Shown: one piece after another, positions 14,572 to 29,382 of the stretch
How the letters are laid out: the number at the start of each line of letters is the position of its first letter
How positions within the stretch are numbered: the first letter of the stretch is position 1
Assembly (NCBI GenBank): GCA_964016885.1
Contig: OZ024740.1
Coordinates: 103,292,001 to 103,356,000 of the forward strand
DNA from: Eledone cirrhosa
Taxonomy: Eukaryota
DNA length: 64,000 nucleotides
Reading direction: 5' to 3'
Translations under genes and position numbers: made by a program
The notes under the pieces: generated by a model
Seen by the model: only the letters and a program-made list of their open reading frames with translations
Database searches by the model: none
What the model was told of the DNA's origin: nothing

Positions 14572-14898
14572 TCTTAGCGGTTAGAGCATTGGCCTTGCAA
14601 TCGAAAGGTTGTGAGTTCAATTCTCAGACCGGGTGATGTGTTGTTTCCTTGAGCAAGACACTTTATTTCACATTGCTCCAGTTTACTCAGCTGTAGAAAT
14701 GAGATGATAGGGACTGGGGTCCCTATCATTCCACTGTAAAGTGGACGTGTAGGTGCCACGGCAAAAAAGCACCCACCACTCACTGTAAATGAGGTTGGTG
14801 TTAGGAAGGGCATCCAGCTGTAGAAATCAAGCCAGAATCAGCTCCCGTCCCACCCTTGCAAGCAGGGAAAAGCGGACGTAAAATGAAATGATGATGAT
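14572..14898 (+). mobile_element. CORE-SINE with RTE tail, lacking the first ~12 nt
   Basis: Near-identical reverse complement of 13217-13568. Confidence 0.92.
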
Positions 14899-14982
14899 AT
14901 ATAACGAAGGAAATGTGGTAAGGAACCAGATGGACCATAATGCACCAGAATACTCAATACTTAGGGTAGTAGAGTGGGTAAC

Positions 14983-15104
14983 AGGAAAAAGTATGACCCC
15001 GACGGCAGAGCTCCAGCCGTTTCGACGGCTATTTCTGAACTATTTAGTCCAGAAATAGCCGTCGAAACAGCTTGAGCTCTGCCGTCGGGGTCATACTTTT
15101 TCCT
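14983..15104. repeat. 122-bp near-perfect palindrome (MITE-like or foldback)
   Basis: AGGAAAAAGTATGACCCCGACGGCAGAGCTC... is mirrored by ...GAGCTCTGCCGTCGGGGTCATACTTTTTCCT. Confidence 0.92.
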
Positions 15105-15585
15105 ATATATATATAAACCAAACCAGAATCAGTTCTGTATGAGCAAGACACAGTCGGACTTATCTGTCTCACAAAAGGACAACTCATCTAACCCATGCTA
15201 GCGTAGAAAAATGGACCTTAAACAGTGATGATGAATCAAGATGATATATTTACATACAATCATTTTTCAAAATGTTGAGCAAATTTGAATTTTGAAAGTG
15301 TGGTAGCTTATAGTAGGCTGCCACAATGCATGTTTGACTATTAAATAGTCAAACAAATTGGGCATATGATACCCTAGAGACTGGGAAAATGAACAGAAGT
15401 TGCCTATGAAAATCGAACTGGCATCTGCCATATGCTGGACGGCTGCATTACTGTTACAACTACGTGAGATTGACCACTTACCCATCAAGAGATGTACAGA
15501 AATAAACAATCATTTAAAGAAGTGTTATGCAAAATTTGAATTTTAGAAGTATGCTGGATTATTGTAAGCTGCTATATTGCAGGTT

Positions 15586-16213
15586 TCTTCTTCTTTAAAC
15601 ACTTATTCCTGAGAGGGTCGTGGGGGCAGAGTCCTCAAAGATTCCTTCCACCAGGTCCTATCAAAAGCAACCATCTCCAACTGATCCGCTGGATCCCCAA
15701 GCATGACTAGCCAAGCTCATGCATGTTATCAAACCATCTTGCTTGGGGACTAACCCTGGGTCTCTTTCCGGTTGGTTTTACCCATAAAATCTGTCCAGTG
15801 ATTCTTTCCTGGGACATTCTAATCAGAGCTGTGATCTCTCAATTTGGAGTAGTAATGGCTCTACCTTGAGTGACTCTCTGATGAGAGAATACTTTGCTGA
15901 TCTCTTAAACCCAATCACAATAGCATCTTTGGATATACACGAGGTGCATCTGGGAGTGGTGACTAATCTCTCAGAGGCTGAGGTCACAAGAGCAGTTAAA
16001 GATTTCAAATGTGGCTAGGCTACTGGGGAAGATGAAATGTGGCTTGAGATGTTAAAAGCCTTAAATAAAGAAGGTATTCTCTGGCTGACTCATGTGTGCC
16101 AGGTGGCCTGGATCTCTGGAAAGGCACCTAAGTAATGATAATTGGGAGTGATAATCCCAATTTTTCAAAAAGGGAGACAAGAGAGATTGTTCCAATTATA
16201 GAGGGATCTCCTT
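15586..16213. mobile_element. Old RTE/Expander-like LINE remnant with a 5' inversion
   Basis: 15586-15880: minus-strand 3' end (VEPLLLQIERSQL..., (GAA)n tail). About 15950-16213: plus-strand RT fragment (EMLKALNKEGILWL...CSNYRGISLL) with stops. Confidence 0.72.
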
Positions 16214-16419
16214 GTTATATTGCTGATTTGACTATGAAAATTAGTTGAACAAGTTAAGCATGTAAACCCCTACACACACAAACACATATAAATATATATA
16301 TTGTGTTTGTAAAAATGAATGACAAGAGCAAGTAACACATAATGTGCAAGTTAAATGTATTAAGTATATTAACAATTTGATATATCCACACATTACCATT
16401 GGTTTCATAGACATGGATT

Positions 16420-17170
16420 AAACGAGTTGTCCTGTTGTGAGACAAGTCAGATCAGATGACCATGTCTTGCTCATACAGAACTGTTTCTGACTTGGTTTCT
16501 ATGGCTGGATACCCTTTGTAATTCCAACCCCTTTACAGCGTAGATTGGGCGTCTTTTATCATAGTACCAAAACGACCACTTTACAGTGTAGATTGAGTGC
16601 TTTTTGTCATGAAATCTACACGGCCACTTTACATTGTGCACTGGACACTTTTTGTTATGACACCAAACCAACCACTTTACAGTGGACTGGGCACTTTTTG
16701 TCATGTCACCTACATGACCACTTTACAGTGTGGACTGGGTGCTTTTTGTTGTGGCACCAGAATGATCACTTTACAGTGTCAACTAAGTGTTTTTATCATA
16801 GCACCAAAACGACCATTTTATATTGTGAACTGGGTGCTTGGTACTTTTTGCCATGGCACCAAAATGGCCACTTTACAGGTTGGACTGGGTGCTTTTGTCA
16901 TAACTCCATCACAACCACTTTACAAAGTGAACTGAACATTTATTGTTGTATCATTAACACAACCAGACTACAGAGTGGACTGGGCATTTTTGTTGTGTCA
17001 CCAGCCCACATATATGACAGGGTGGGCCGGGTGCCTTCTGTCATATCACCAACATTTCTACTTTACAGGGTGGGCTGGGTGCCTCCTGTTGTGTCACCAA
17101 CATGACCACCTTACAGGGTGGACTTTTGTTGTGTCACCAGCATGATCATCTTATAAGGTGAACTGAGAGC
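16420..17170 (-). repeat. Degenerate ~46-47-bp tandem array (about 14 units) expanded from the SINE/LINE-3'UTR internal unit
   Basis: ACCACTTTACAGTGTGGACTGGGTGCTTTTTG-type units recur at about 16576, 16623, 16671, 16717, 16764 and onward, next to a GGATACCCTT..TAA..CCAAC motif. Confidence 0.82.
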
Positions 17171-17439
17171 TATAAGCCATTAGCCACTTCAGCAGCATTG
17201 TGTAAGAGCGTGTTCATCTTTCCAAGCTTGTTGGTCAAGAGAGGTGGTAAGAAATAAATACAAACACCTTAAAATAGTTTTGTATCATAGAACCAGTGGC
17301 AGTTTCAGGTGGTTTGGTATCTAAAGGGTTATGGTAAATTGAAAGTCGAGATATATACTATTTTTTAATTAGAAGCTCTGGCTGTGAAAGGAATGAAGTT
17401 TAAACACTTTCAACTATTCCTCTGTACACATGTTCTTAC

Positions 17440-17548
17440 CTTTTCATAGGAAATCAAGAACGATTTGATAAATTCATCTTCTTCCGCAGAAGCATTCAAT
17501 ATTGCCTGAATGTTAAGTTTCTCAATATATTCATGTTGTCGCGTCCAC
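17440..17548 (-). CDS. ZMYND10: ZMYND10 coding exon 2 ([36 protein letters not shown])
   Basis: 109 nt, TAG acceptor, GTAAGA donor; W..QHE..EKLN.QA motif; completes the phase-2 codon from exon 1. Confidence 0.96.
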
Positions 17549-18770
17549 CTACACAAATTGATCAAACTTTATACATAAGAAAGCATACAAAATATATGAT
17601 AAGGGTTTCTAACTTAGTCACAAAGCCACAAATTATATGATAGGAGTATAGTCGATTTGGTATATATTCAATCAATACCAAACAAAATATAAGACAAAAT
17701 TGGATCGGGCATAATTTGAACTCAGAACATAAAAGTAAAAGGACATAACTCGATACTCTCTATCATTATCATTTTAACATCTGCTTTCGCTGCTAGCTAT
17801 GATTTTCTATTAATTTTTGAAATAATAAAAAAAATTATAAGGATTTTGTAATGTAACTAACTCTCGTTACCAAGATGGTGTTTGGAACATAACAAAGATT
17901 CTTACATTAAATTGAAACAAAAGGTTTAAATAGAAACTTATGAATGACAAGTGAATTCTTATAGTATTTGTTATGTCCCTCTTACTCTTTCAGCTCTGCT
18001 TTGATGAATGGAATATACATAAATAAAAACATATATTATAATTCTTTTTTTTTTTTTTTTAATCGCCACTTTCTTTATTGTAGTGAAATATAATATCAGT
18101 TTATCATTATTTATATTTATTTTTCATATAATCACTTATTTATTCATCTATTTGTTTATATATACTAATTTATTTATTACAGGTTGTGTGGTGAACGCAG
18201 CTGAAAGGACTGAAGACAGACACTTTCCACTTCAGCCAATCCTTCAACAATTTTTTTAAGTTACACTTGGAAAGGAAGGTAAGGATGGAGAGGGAAGTGC
18301 TGCCCCCATTAGTACATTTGTTAACCGATAGAATACAGCATGGCAAAAATAGCCGATAGAATACAGCAACAATAATATTAATAATAATACCTTCGAAAAA
18401 TTTGTATGGATGAATGACTGGAACGAAGCCAAATCAACTCTAGTGATTCATTTTATATTATATATTCATATTATATTATATATAAACTGCATTAGGAGAA
18501 AATTAACGACGGAAATATATGTAATTTTTTTATAAGTGTTATAATATAACGGGCGCTAACCGAAAGTGTTGACATTTGAAAATTTAAAGGAGTGAATCTC
18601 TAAATAAGCAATAAAATTATTTACATTTAATCAAGAGTTACGAAATTTAGTACATAAATTATGTAATATTCATTCATTATTTATCCAAAGTAATCCAACT
18701 TATTTTACAAACGAGATAAAAAATATATTCTGCACGCAGTCGCGCACTCCTTTCTTTATTATAGTTAAGA

Positions 18771-21700
18771 CTAGCAGAATGACCCGGCGTTACTCGGGAT
18801 TCGCTCTAGGGTTCTTATATATTTGATATATATTTATCCTTATCGAGCCTCGTGAAAAAAATACATTTGTTTATATTTTGTTATTGTGTATACAAAAATA
18901 TCTGTACACAAATATATAATTATATGAGTGAGACTTCTTGAATTTTGTGATGCAAGTACACTGACTATTTGCAACACTAACTTCCAGAAACCTGCCAACC
19001 ACCTAATAACCTACAAATCAGGCGAACACATAAGCCAGATTGACTTCTTACAGCGGGACAGGCAGATGGTGACAAATACCAAGGCATACCCACAGCATAG
19101 GTTAGTCATTAGTGATATCTCAGTAAGCAAGAGATGGAATGAGTCATACAGGAAGGCGTGGAGAAAAAAGGTCTGGAAGCTAAAAGACCTTTCACTAAAA
19201 TACAAATTTAGGAAAGCCCTTCAAGATGTATATGACGAAAAAGAAGACGATTTAGAGACGTATGACATAGATAATAACTGGAATTTCTTACGTGACAACT
19301 TACTGCAAGCTACTGATGAAACTTGTGGTTGGAGCAGAGCTCCAACCAGACAGAGAGTGACCTGGTGGTGGAACAGCACAGTAGATAAGGCCATTAGAGA
19401 CAAAAGGCTAGCATGGAAGGCTTGGAAAAAGGGTGGGAGTAGAGAAGGATATACAGCCACTAAGAGAGAAGCTAGACGTCAGGTGTACTTAGCACGCAAG
19501 GAGGCTGAGAGAAGGAGGTTTGCCAATGTTCTGCGATGGGAAGATCAGAGGCGTGCAGTGTTCCACATTGCAAGGCAGTGTGTCAATGCAAATCAGGACG
19601 TTGTTGGAGATAAATGTGTCTGGAATGATGCCAGTGTACTTAGTGTCACGAATGATCAGAAAAACGAGGCCTGGAAATGTCATTATGAGAGACTGATGAA
19701 TGTGGAGAACGAATGGGAGAGAGAGAAATTACCCTCAGTAGATCCGACAGAGGGACCAGCTATTGAGATTGACGAATATAGGGTCCAAGAGGTGATTAAG
19801 GAAATGAAAGATGGTAAGGCTGCTGGACCGTTGGGGATAGTTGCTGAGATGCTGAAGGCATCAGGGGACGTAGGCACTAAACTGGTTGCACACATCATCA
19901 ATCAGGCTATATATGGTGGTGTCATACCCAAAGACTGGTGCAGCAGTATTCTCATAAATTGCTAAGGTAAAGGGGATGCTCTGGAGAGGAGCAATTATTG
20001 GGGTATAAAACTGATGGATGAGGTTATGAAAGTGGCAGAAAGGATATTAGCACAACTAATTAGAGAAAGGGTCAAACAAGATGAGATGCAGTTTGGTTTT
20101 GTACCTGGGAAAAGTACAACAGATGCCCTCTTCTTGGTGAGACAATTACAAGAGAAGTTCTTAGAGAAGAATAAGCCACTGTACTTAGCCTTTGTTGACT
20201 TAGAGAAGGCCTCTGATAGGGTACCCCGATCTGTCATCTGGTGGTCCCTAAGGAAACTAGGTGTTGAAGAATGGCTTGTGAGGACAGTGCAAACTTTGTA
20301 CAGAGGAACTCTCAGTAAAGTCATGGTAGGAATGGAGTTTAGTGAGGAATTCCAGATACAAGTAGGAGTACATCAAGGTTCGGTCCTCAGCCCGCTCTTG
20401 TTCATTATAGTCCTCCAAGCCATAACAGAGGAGTTTAAGACTGGCTGTCCATGGGAACTTCTCTATGCTGACGATCTGGTTCTTATAGCAGAATCAGTAG
20501 AGGAGCTAGAGAATAAATTCTGGCTATGGAAACAGCAGTTGGAAGCAAGAGGACTGAGAGTGAACCTAGCTAAGACAAAAGTGTTGATAAGTAGAAAAGA
20601 GGACAAAACTCTGATTCTGTCGGGGAAATGGCCATGTTCGATATGCAGAAAAGGAACTGGCATAAATTCTATAAAATGCACACAATGCAGATCCTAGGTA
20701 CACAAGAGATGTAGTGGGATAGCAGGCAAACTAACAGGTAGGGAGAAATACGTATGCAGTAAATGTACAAGGAAATTAGATAGTAGAAGTCGCATTGATA
20801 GACACATTTTTCAAATGCAGGCTGGTGCTATAGAAGTGGTGGATAGCTTCCGGTACCTAGGAGATCAGATTAGCATGGGAGGAGGAGGGGGGGGTTCCGA
20901 GGCCATAGTATCTAGATTAAGGATGGGTTGGAAGAAGTTTAGGGAGCTGCTTCCTCTGCTGACGAAAAAGGGTTTCTCCCTGCATACGAAAGGCCGGTTA
21001 TATGATGCCTGTGTGAGGAGCGCGATGCTGCATGGTAGTGATACATGGGCAGAAACTGCAGAGGATATGCGACGGCTGGAGAGAAATGAGGCAAGCATGC
21101 TCCGTTGGATGTGCAATGTCAATGTGCGTGAATGACCCAGCATGTATGTGTTGAGAGAGAAACTGTGTCTGAGAGGGATAGAATGTAGTGTGCGAGAGAG
21201 GAGACTGAGGTGGTATGGACATGTGATGTGCATGGAGGATGAACGATGGGTGAAGAAGTGCCAGGAAATGCCAGTTGAAAGAAGACGTGGTAGAGGTAGA
21301 CCACGAAAAACATGGGCGGAGGTGATGAGAACAAACCTCAGATCGCTGAAACTCACGGTGGAGATGACGAAGGACCGTGACAAGTGGAGAGATGCTGTGT
21401 GGAATAAGACCCGTCCCACCCTTGCAAGCAGAGAAAAGCGGACGTAAAATGATGATGATGATATATATATATTAAAATAGCAGATTAAAGTTTAAGCAAA
21501 TAATCGATGCTTTCACCCTTAACGGGATCTTCTGAAACTAAAAAAATCAATCTGTGAACGCAGAAGTAAATATTTCGAAAATCGTTACACACTACATATA
21601 TATATATATATATATACACACACTATATATACATATATACACACGCACACACACACAGCGTCATAATGCCGTAATACAGACAGCAAGTCATACAGACAGA

Positions 21701-21856
21701 TATAGGGCATTGAAAATTTGAATTTTTTTTCTCAAAACACTCACAGGACCATAAGTATTACATGTGTAAAGTTTGAAAACAATCGGTTGGGTGGTTCTCG
21801 AGTTTTAGGGAGCTGACAGACAGACAGACAGACATCCTCTGTTTTAGATATGTAGA
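18771..21856 (-). mobile_element. Non-autonomous Helitron-like element split by a nested RTE LINE
   Basis: Minus-strand 3' end is a GC hairpin (CCCGAGTAACGCCGGG) then CTAG; 5' end TCTACATATC at 21856; 21485-21580 shares a block with the Helitron at 26410-26500. Confidence 0.65.
18926..21462 (+). mobile_element. RTE-clade LINE subfamily A, 5'-truncated and inactivated
   Basis: C-terminal half of APE endonuclease (NTNFQK..HLITY..SQIDF..QHRLV), RT (FVDLEKA, GVHQGSVLSPLLF, YADD), Cys/His finger, GRGRPRKTW; frameshift near 19963, stops at 20695 and 21133; (ATG)n tail. Confidence 0.96.
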
Positions 21857-22820
21857 CTAGCAGAAAACCGCCAACCGGGTGGATTTCTGCTAGTATATAT
21901 ATATATATTACACACACAGAAATGTATATATATTTCTGTGTGTATATCTATATATATTACACACACAGAAATGTATATATATTTCTGTGTGTATATATAT
22001 ATATATTTCTGCGTGTGTATATATATATATATTACACACATACAGAAATGTATATATGTTTCTGTAGCACTCCTCAATTCACCCCCCCCCCCCTCTCTCC
22101 CTCCTGCTATCCCCCTCTTGTAGTCTGTCTCTTTCTTTCACTCTCACTCTCTCTCTACGCGGGCGCAAAAAACATTCGCACGCGCGCACATGTTTTAGCG
22201 TCTATTCACTCTCTCTCTCTCTCTCCCTCTCTCCCTCCCGCTATCCCCCTCTCGTAGTCTGTCTCTTTCTTTCACTCTCACTCTCTCTCTCTACGTGTGC
22301 GCAAAAAACATTCGCACGCGCTCACGTGTTTCCACTGTCGGACAGACAGACAGAGAAATTGCTGGTTATATATTATAAGGAGACTAGCAGAAAACCACCC
22401 TTGGGCGGTTTTCTGCTAGTCTATATATATATTACACACAGAAATGTATATATATTTCTGTGTGTGTATATATATATATATATATATTACACACATAGAA
22501 ATGTATATATATTTCTGTGTGTATATATATATATATTACACACACAGCAATGTATATATATTTCTGTGTGTATATATATATATTTCTGTGTGTGTGTATA
22601 TATATATATATTACACACACACAGAAATGTATATATGTTTCTGTAGCACTCCTCAATTCCCCTCTCTCTCCCTCCCGCTATCCCCCTCTTGTAGTCTGTC
22701 TCTTTCTTTCACTCTCACTCTCTCTCTCTACGCGTGCGCAAAAAACATTCGCACGCGCGCACGTGTTTCCACTGTCGGACAGACAGGCAGAGAAATTGTT
22801 GGTTATATATTATAAGGAGA
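21857..22820 (-). mobile_element. Two tandem copies (21857-22383, 22384-22820) of a non-autonomous Helitron-like unit
   Basis: Each begins TCTCCTTATAATATA on the minus strand and ends with the hairpin CTAGCAGAAA..CC..GG..TTTCTGCTAG; shared internal microsatellite blocks. Confidence 0.78.
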
Positions 22821-23078
22821 TTAGTAACTATTTATGTTCGTTTCATTATTTTGTTTAAGCTTCATGTAATTTGAAAGAAATTAAAACTATAATCATAAAC
22901 CTATGTGACCAGATATTACCCATGGTAGTAAATGGAAACTTCCTAAATTATTATTCACGTCGTGGATAACACTCTATTTATAATATAGAGATCAGTTCAA
23001 CTTCTTGAAATTATTTTATTTTATAATTACAGTTGAAATAGTTTCTACATGTCGAAAAATGTAGTACAAAGCTTTTCT

Positions 23079-23098
23079 GTTACCATGGTAATAAACAA
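23079..23098. promoter_or_regulatory. Candidate RFX X-box with abutting forkhead site in ZMYND10 intron 1
   Basis: GTTACCATGGTAAT (13/14 to palindromic GTTACCATGGTAAC) running into TAAACA, about 510 nt downstream of exon 1. Confidence 0.5.
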
Positions 23099-23600
23099 AA
23101 ATATTTTATTACAGCGTGGAGCCTATGTACGATAGGCATCTATGCGGTTTTCATTTACTAATTTCTACCCACAAAACATTCGACAACACTAAAGCTCTGG
23201 TAAAAAAACACATTTCCCAAAGTGCCGTTTGACAAGATCAAACCGGGAATCAGGTTGTTACGAAGTGAAATTCTTAACCACACGAAAATGCCTGCACAGA
23301 AATAATGAAATAAATAAATACGCTTTCTTGTTATACCTTTCTATTAATTTTTTTTATACAGATTTATTAGTGCCTTATTTTAAACCGAATTATTTAGACT
23401 TACAAATTATTATTTTTTTATCACGGGTACGTCTAAAATATTGTATATTCAACCGATAATACTTGCAAACATTAAACCACAAAGAAACTCTGATGAATAA
23501 AATACTTTCTTTACAGCTGCCCTGTCTCCTCTATACATATCATTACGCCAGTAACACAAAATAGTATGGGTGAGATATGAACAAAGTTTGTCATACTTAC

Positions 23601-23698
23601 TCTACACTGCCAACATTGGCAACACCAAACACCTTCAGAGAATCTACATACATCTCGGCTTCGGGTGAGCTTAGCCTTGAGTTAATGGTGGAAGACAT
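23601..23698 (-). CDS. ZMYND10: ZMYND10 coding exon 1 (MSSTINSRLSSPEAEMYVDSLKVFGVANVGSV)
   Basis: ATG at 23698, 98 nt, GTAAGT donor, phase 2; EAE..V..L..F....GS N-terminal motif. Confidence 0.92.
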
Positions 23699-23872
23699 TA
23701 TTTTCGAAGGGTGCCAACAACTCTAAAATAAACGTGACTTAAAATTTCTCAGTTCTCTTTTGCAACGCAACGCTCGATTCAAGAATAAAAAAAGAAAAAG
23801 AAAACATGCCCAAACATGTTTAAAGGGGAATAACTACCAAACAAGCCGTTCTGCATTATTTCCCTTAAGCAA

Positions 23873-24061
23873 GGGCGGTGGATTGGCAGTATCGGTAGAG
23901 GGTCGGACGCCATGCTTTCCAGCATAGTTACGTCCCTTTACCATCTGAGTTCAAATCCCGCCGAGGTTGACTTTGCCTTTCATCCTTACGGGGTCGATAA
24001 AATAAAGTACCAGTAATGCACTGGTAATTGCTGGCCTTGTGCCTAAAGTAGAAACAATTAT
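23873..24061 (+). mobile_element. Meta/OK-like SINE, full length, about 175 nt upstream of the ZMYND10 ATG
   Basis: A/B boxes, conserved domain, ~18-bp TSD ATTATTTCCCTTA[A/C]GCAA. Confidence 0.93.
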
Positions 24062-25231
24062 TTCCCTTACGCAAACATCCCTATCAGTTTATAACATTGT
24101 TTTCATTTAAAGAAAGTGTGCATGGTGTTGTTTAGTCACAAGTTTTCTATGAAAATAATAACAAACAAATGATATTTTTTATCCAGCAAACCTATGGTCT
24201 AAGACGTTCCATCTCATCCTTTTCAGATTAAGTGTACCTAGGACTACAATATTAATTTTCTTTTTTTTTCTAAATATTAGGGTGTGGATTGTGGCGTTGG
24301 CTGTTGTTTCTCGCAGAATGAGTGATCATATAGAGGTTCCCTCGTTGGTTCAAGAAACAGTATTACAGTTACATTCTGTGGGAGGGGGTTCAAATGACTA
24401 TATTTATGCCTATTGCTAGAATTGGGAGGTGGAGTTAACAGAAACAGCACAGCTCCAGACTGAAATATCACCAGGGTCGGCGTTTCCTACCATTTCTCTG
24501 GAATTAATGTGGGTTTGAGTCGTATGCTGGGAATACTAAAGTAATAAAATACTGGAGCGAGCAAATCAATAAACGCCCCACCCCTCAAATATGTAACATT
24601 TTGCCTCATATATATCATCACCGTTTAACGTCCATTTTCCCCACTAGCATGGGTCAGACGAGTTATCCCGTCTTACTCATAAAGAACTGTTTCAGGTTCT
24701 ATGGCTTGATACCCTTCCTAACACCAACCAAATTTACAGTGTGGAGTGGGTGATTTTTAACATGACAAGCTTACATGTGTCAACTGGGCACCACAACAAT
24801 AACATGGTTTTTAAAGAAGAAATAATCATCTAATACACAACAATTTCAGTATTAAAATATTTATTAGATAAATGAGATATCAAAATAGTTTTTTATTACA
24901 TGACAAAGATTTAGTATCAAAATAACTATTATATAAAACAGAATCATAGCTAAAGGTCCGATATCAGACTGGGAAATTTGCATTTTTGTTTTGATTTCAA
25001 ATCCTGCTGAGATCAGGTTTTATATGTTATGCCTCCCAAATTATTAAAATACATACCAGTTGTCTAATGGGGTTGAGACAATAGATTATAGCCCTTCCAC
25101 TTTATTTATATATATATATATATAATATATATAATATATAGACATAGATATATATATATATATAATATATAATATATATATATATATATATTATATATAT
25201 TATATATATATAATATATATTATATATATAT

Positions 25232-25471
25232 GGCACCTACACGTCCACTTTACATTGTGGGCTAGGTGCTTTTTTTTGCTGTGGCACCTCCACGACTACT
25301 TTGCAGTGGAATGATATGGACCCCAGTCGTATCATCTCATTTCTACAGCTGAGTAAACTGGAGCAATGTGAAATAAAGTGTCTTGCTCAAGGAAACAACA
25401 CATTACCCGGTCCGAGAATTGAACTCACAACTTTCCAATTGCAAGCCCAATGCTCTAACCACTAAGCCATA
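25232..25471 (-). mobile_element. CORE-SINE, 5' part only
   Basis: Head and CORE match 13350-13560; two internal ~46-bp units; flanked by (TA)n. Confidence 0.85.
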
Positions 25472-25494
25472 CTTTATATATATATATATATATA

Positions 25495-26824
25495 CTAGCT
25501 GGCCCGCCTGACTGGCGTCCAGCTGGTGCCCGGTTAGGTATACCAGCATTTTATATTTTCAGGAATCCCCCCTACATTCCAGTGCAAAGATACTGCACAC
25601 CATCTCAATTCAGTGAGGGGGAGGCGGGTTAATGTGCTATGATGTTGTGTTTGAATAGTTTTTAGGATTCCTCAGTTCAGCAGCCAGTATGTTAAAGAAA
25701 ATTGATAGTTACAACAATAAAGGCTGAACAGAGAACAAATTTTTTAACAAACAATAATTTGTACAACCATAATGGATATTCCAAGTAACAGAAAATATTT
25801 AAATTACATTGTTAGAGCCTCAGAGTATACAATATTTTTTGTTCGGCCCTCCGGAGCAAAGATGAAGAGATTGTTTGGCCAACTCACCCTAGAGCATCCT
25901 ACATACAATTGACCATGGGAGAATCACTGATTTCATAGCTCGTCTCGCAGAGAAGCTCTGTAGATGTTGACCTCTGGACACTCCTGTCAGGAGCAGGTAA
26001 GCTGTAGTGACTTAGAGGCCTACCACCAATTTCCAGGACACTGTTTTCTATACAAATGAGCGCTTCATTGAAAACGACATCGTATGTTGCATTTGGATTG
26101 TGTCTGCGTGTGCAGTGGAGGCTGTCCTCAGCTAGACTTTCACTGTGGTTGTTCCACAGTGCGAGAGGATCGGCGAGATCGCAGTTGTGTAGCATAATAG
26201 CAAAAGGTTTTCGCAGCTGAGAAGGGATTTTAGCAGTTGCTGCTTCTTGCAGGGTGAGGTGCCAATGGCTGTCATCGTGTAACATGCCACACATCTGGCA
26301 AGCCAAACGGTAAGTGGAACATTGATGGTTCTAGGATCTTGGAAAGACTTTGGTCCTCTAACCTCGAACAGTAACAATGACGATAAGACGTCTGTGCTTT
26401 CGTGAAATAAAGTTTAAGCAAAGAATCGCTGCTTTCACCCTTAACGGGATCTTCTGAAACTAAAAAAATCTGACTGTGAACGCAGAAGTAAATATTTCGG
26501 AAAACATTATCTGATGCAGACAGCCAGACATAGAGACATATTATAAGAGCACTACGTTATAGCTATGTATCTATCTAAAAAGACAGACTAAGAAAAAGAG
26601 GGGAATGTTGTGCGACGTCATAAGAAAAAGTGAAGAAGGACGTATAACCAGAATTGTTGACATTTGAAAGAAGTGAATATTTAAATGTCTTTAATCTTTT
26701 AATGAAATTCAGTAGACAAAAATACCCTCACTTTTTTACAAAGTTACATCTCTGATGGTGTTTGGTCCCGCCGTTTGGCGGAAAGTTTGTTACGTAGATA
26801 CAGCCGTCAGCTTTATAGTATAGA
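25495..26824 (-). mobile_element. Internally deleted Helitron retaining Rep/PIF1-helicase fragments
   Basis: A|TCTATACTATAAAG 5' end; GC hairpin then CTAG|T 3' end; peptides LLFEVRGPKSFQD, W..TLQEAA...PSQLRK.F, DPLALW, fused to the helicase C-terminus FSHGQLYVGCSRV...RTKNIVYSEAL*. Confidence 0.9.

Positions 26825-29379
<2,555 letters not shown>

Positions 29380-29382
<3 letters not shown>

Noticed and set aside
16500-17170. CRISPR-like repeat-spacer array
   Set aside because: Eukaryotic context, no cas genes, and the variable parts are homologous to each other, so it is a degenerate tandem repeat
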